A stretch of DNA of 63,277 nt, counting the filler, from Folioceros fuciformis (Eukaryota), in assembly GCA_049999805.1 (NCBI GenBank). It is 10 parts of 10 records of this genome, joined end to end, with 100 filler letters (N's around TTAATTAATTAA, not from the genome) between each part and the next. Parts side by side here need not be neighbours in the genome. Positions count along the whole stretch, not along the records: positions 61,688 to 63,277 come from JBNGIO010000986.1; 9 more parts are not named here. The stretch is one strand, 5' to 3'. A program made the position numbers and the translations under genes. Position 1 is the first letter of the stretch; the number at the start of each line of letters is the position of its first letter. The notes beneath the pieces were generated by a model, which saw only the letters and a program-made list of their open reading frames with translations, did no database searches and was not told the origin of the DNA. Positions 62,440 to 63,277 of this stretch are shown in pieces.

Positions 62440-63277
62440 TGTGAACCTCCAAAGTTTGGGGTAGTAGTTTGTTTTGGTTGGAAAAGGGTTGATAGTGGTA
62501 TGGTTTGGTTTTCTTTTTCAACTTATTTTTCTTAATTTTCCTTGATTTTCTGGTCATTTTTCCTATTTTTCTTTGTGCTAATTAGGTTAATTGACCAGGA
62601 AATAGTTGGTTTGGTTATAAGAATGGGTATAGGTTTGGTCCCAGACCTGGGAAGGTTTAGGTTCGGTACCAGGCCATAGGGTTGGGAAAGTTTGAGTCTA
62701 GGTCTGGTGATTAGTTTAATATTAATTAAAGATATAATATAATATATTAAATAATAATATAATATATTAAATAATAATATAAGGGTTTGAACATAGGAAC
62801 GAGTATCTGGGCATGTCAGTGTCAGGGTCTGACGATAGGCTGGCTGATTGCTTGGCTGGCATGAACGGCCATGGAGGCCATGCCCTAGCTAGAGCTAGAG
62901 GCAGGGGTTGCGGCCGCCCCCATCCCCCTCCCCCTCTCTCCCTTTCTTCCTTCCTCCTCCATTCCCTTCTTGCCCCCTCTTCTTCTTCCCCTTCCCTCTC
63001 ATCTCCCTTCCCATCTTTTGTGCCTCTTCTTCTTTGGAACCAGATTGCAGGCAGGAGGAGGGATCGACGGGTGATGGGATCGAATGTGTGCAGGAGAGGA
63101 GGCTGAGGCGAGCTGTAGGATTTGGCTGATGTAGGGCCAGGCCTGCCCCCGTCTTCTTCCCGATTTCTTTTCCCATCTCCCTCCTACCCTGCGGGGCTGT
63201 AGATTTGCCTTGCTCTCCTGCCCATTTTCCCCAACCCCGCTGCCATCTCCCCTCGCCATGGGCTGATCTAGCCCCTT

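Overview
This is a plant nuclear scaffold of ten contigs joined by nine artificial 100-nt N/TTAATTAATTAA/N linkers, so adjacency across gaps is unproven. Short introns, high gene density, and PPR proteins with DYW:KP ('...DRH') and WW-type C-termini point to a hornwort-like seed-free plant (inference). Recognisable genes: aprataxin, a MATE transporter, a MINDY-3/4-type deubiquitinase, a NOPCHAP1/DUF4598-like gene, SKI2 helicase, a PQ-loop transporter, AP-1 gamma adaptin (with a U12-type intron), three PLS-class PPR genes, a GT-2-type trihelix factor, a SelW/SelT-like (Rdx) protein lacking CxxC, and NF-YC. The 3' end is rich in Ty1/copia and other repeats. The top finding, on an AT-rich contig (22084-26640, minus strand), is an intron-rich gene that splices in frame into a fusion of a bacterial-type ThDP enzyme and an ALDH21-like domain. 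The ThDP enzyme is of the 'acetolactate synthase large subunit' family that includes cyanobacterial 2-oxoglutarate decarboxylase; the ALDH21-like domain resembles succinic-semialdehyde dehydrogenase. It could be a single-chain 2-OG-to-succinate TCA bypass, but several ALDH catalytic motifs are altered. The second finding is PPR editing-type proteins carrying intact or decayed OSB-type PDF ssDNA-binding motifs. All homology calls come from manual translation and recalled family motifs; no searches were run.
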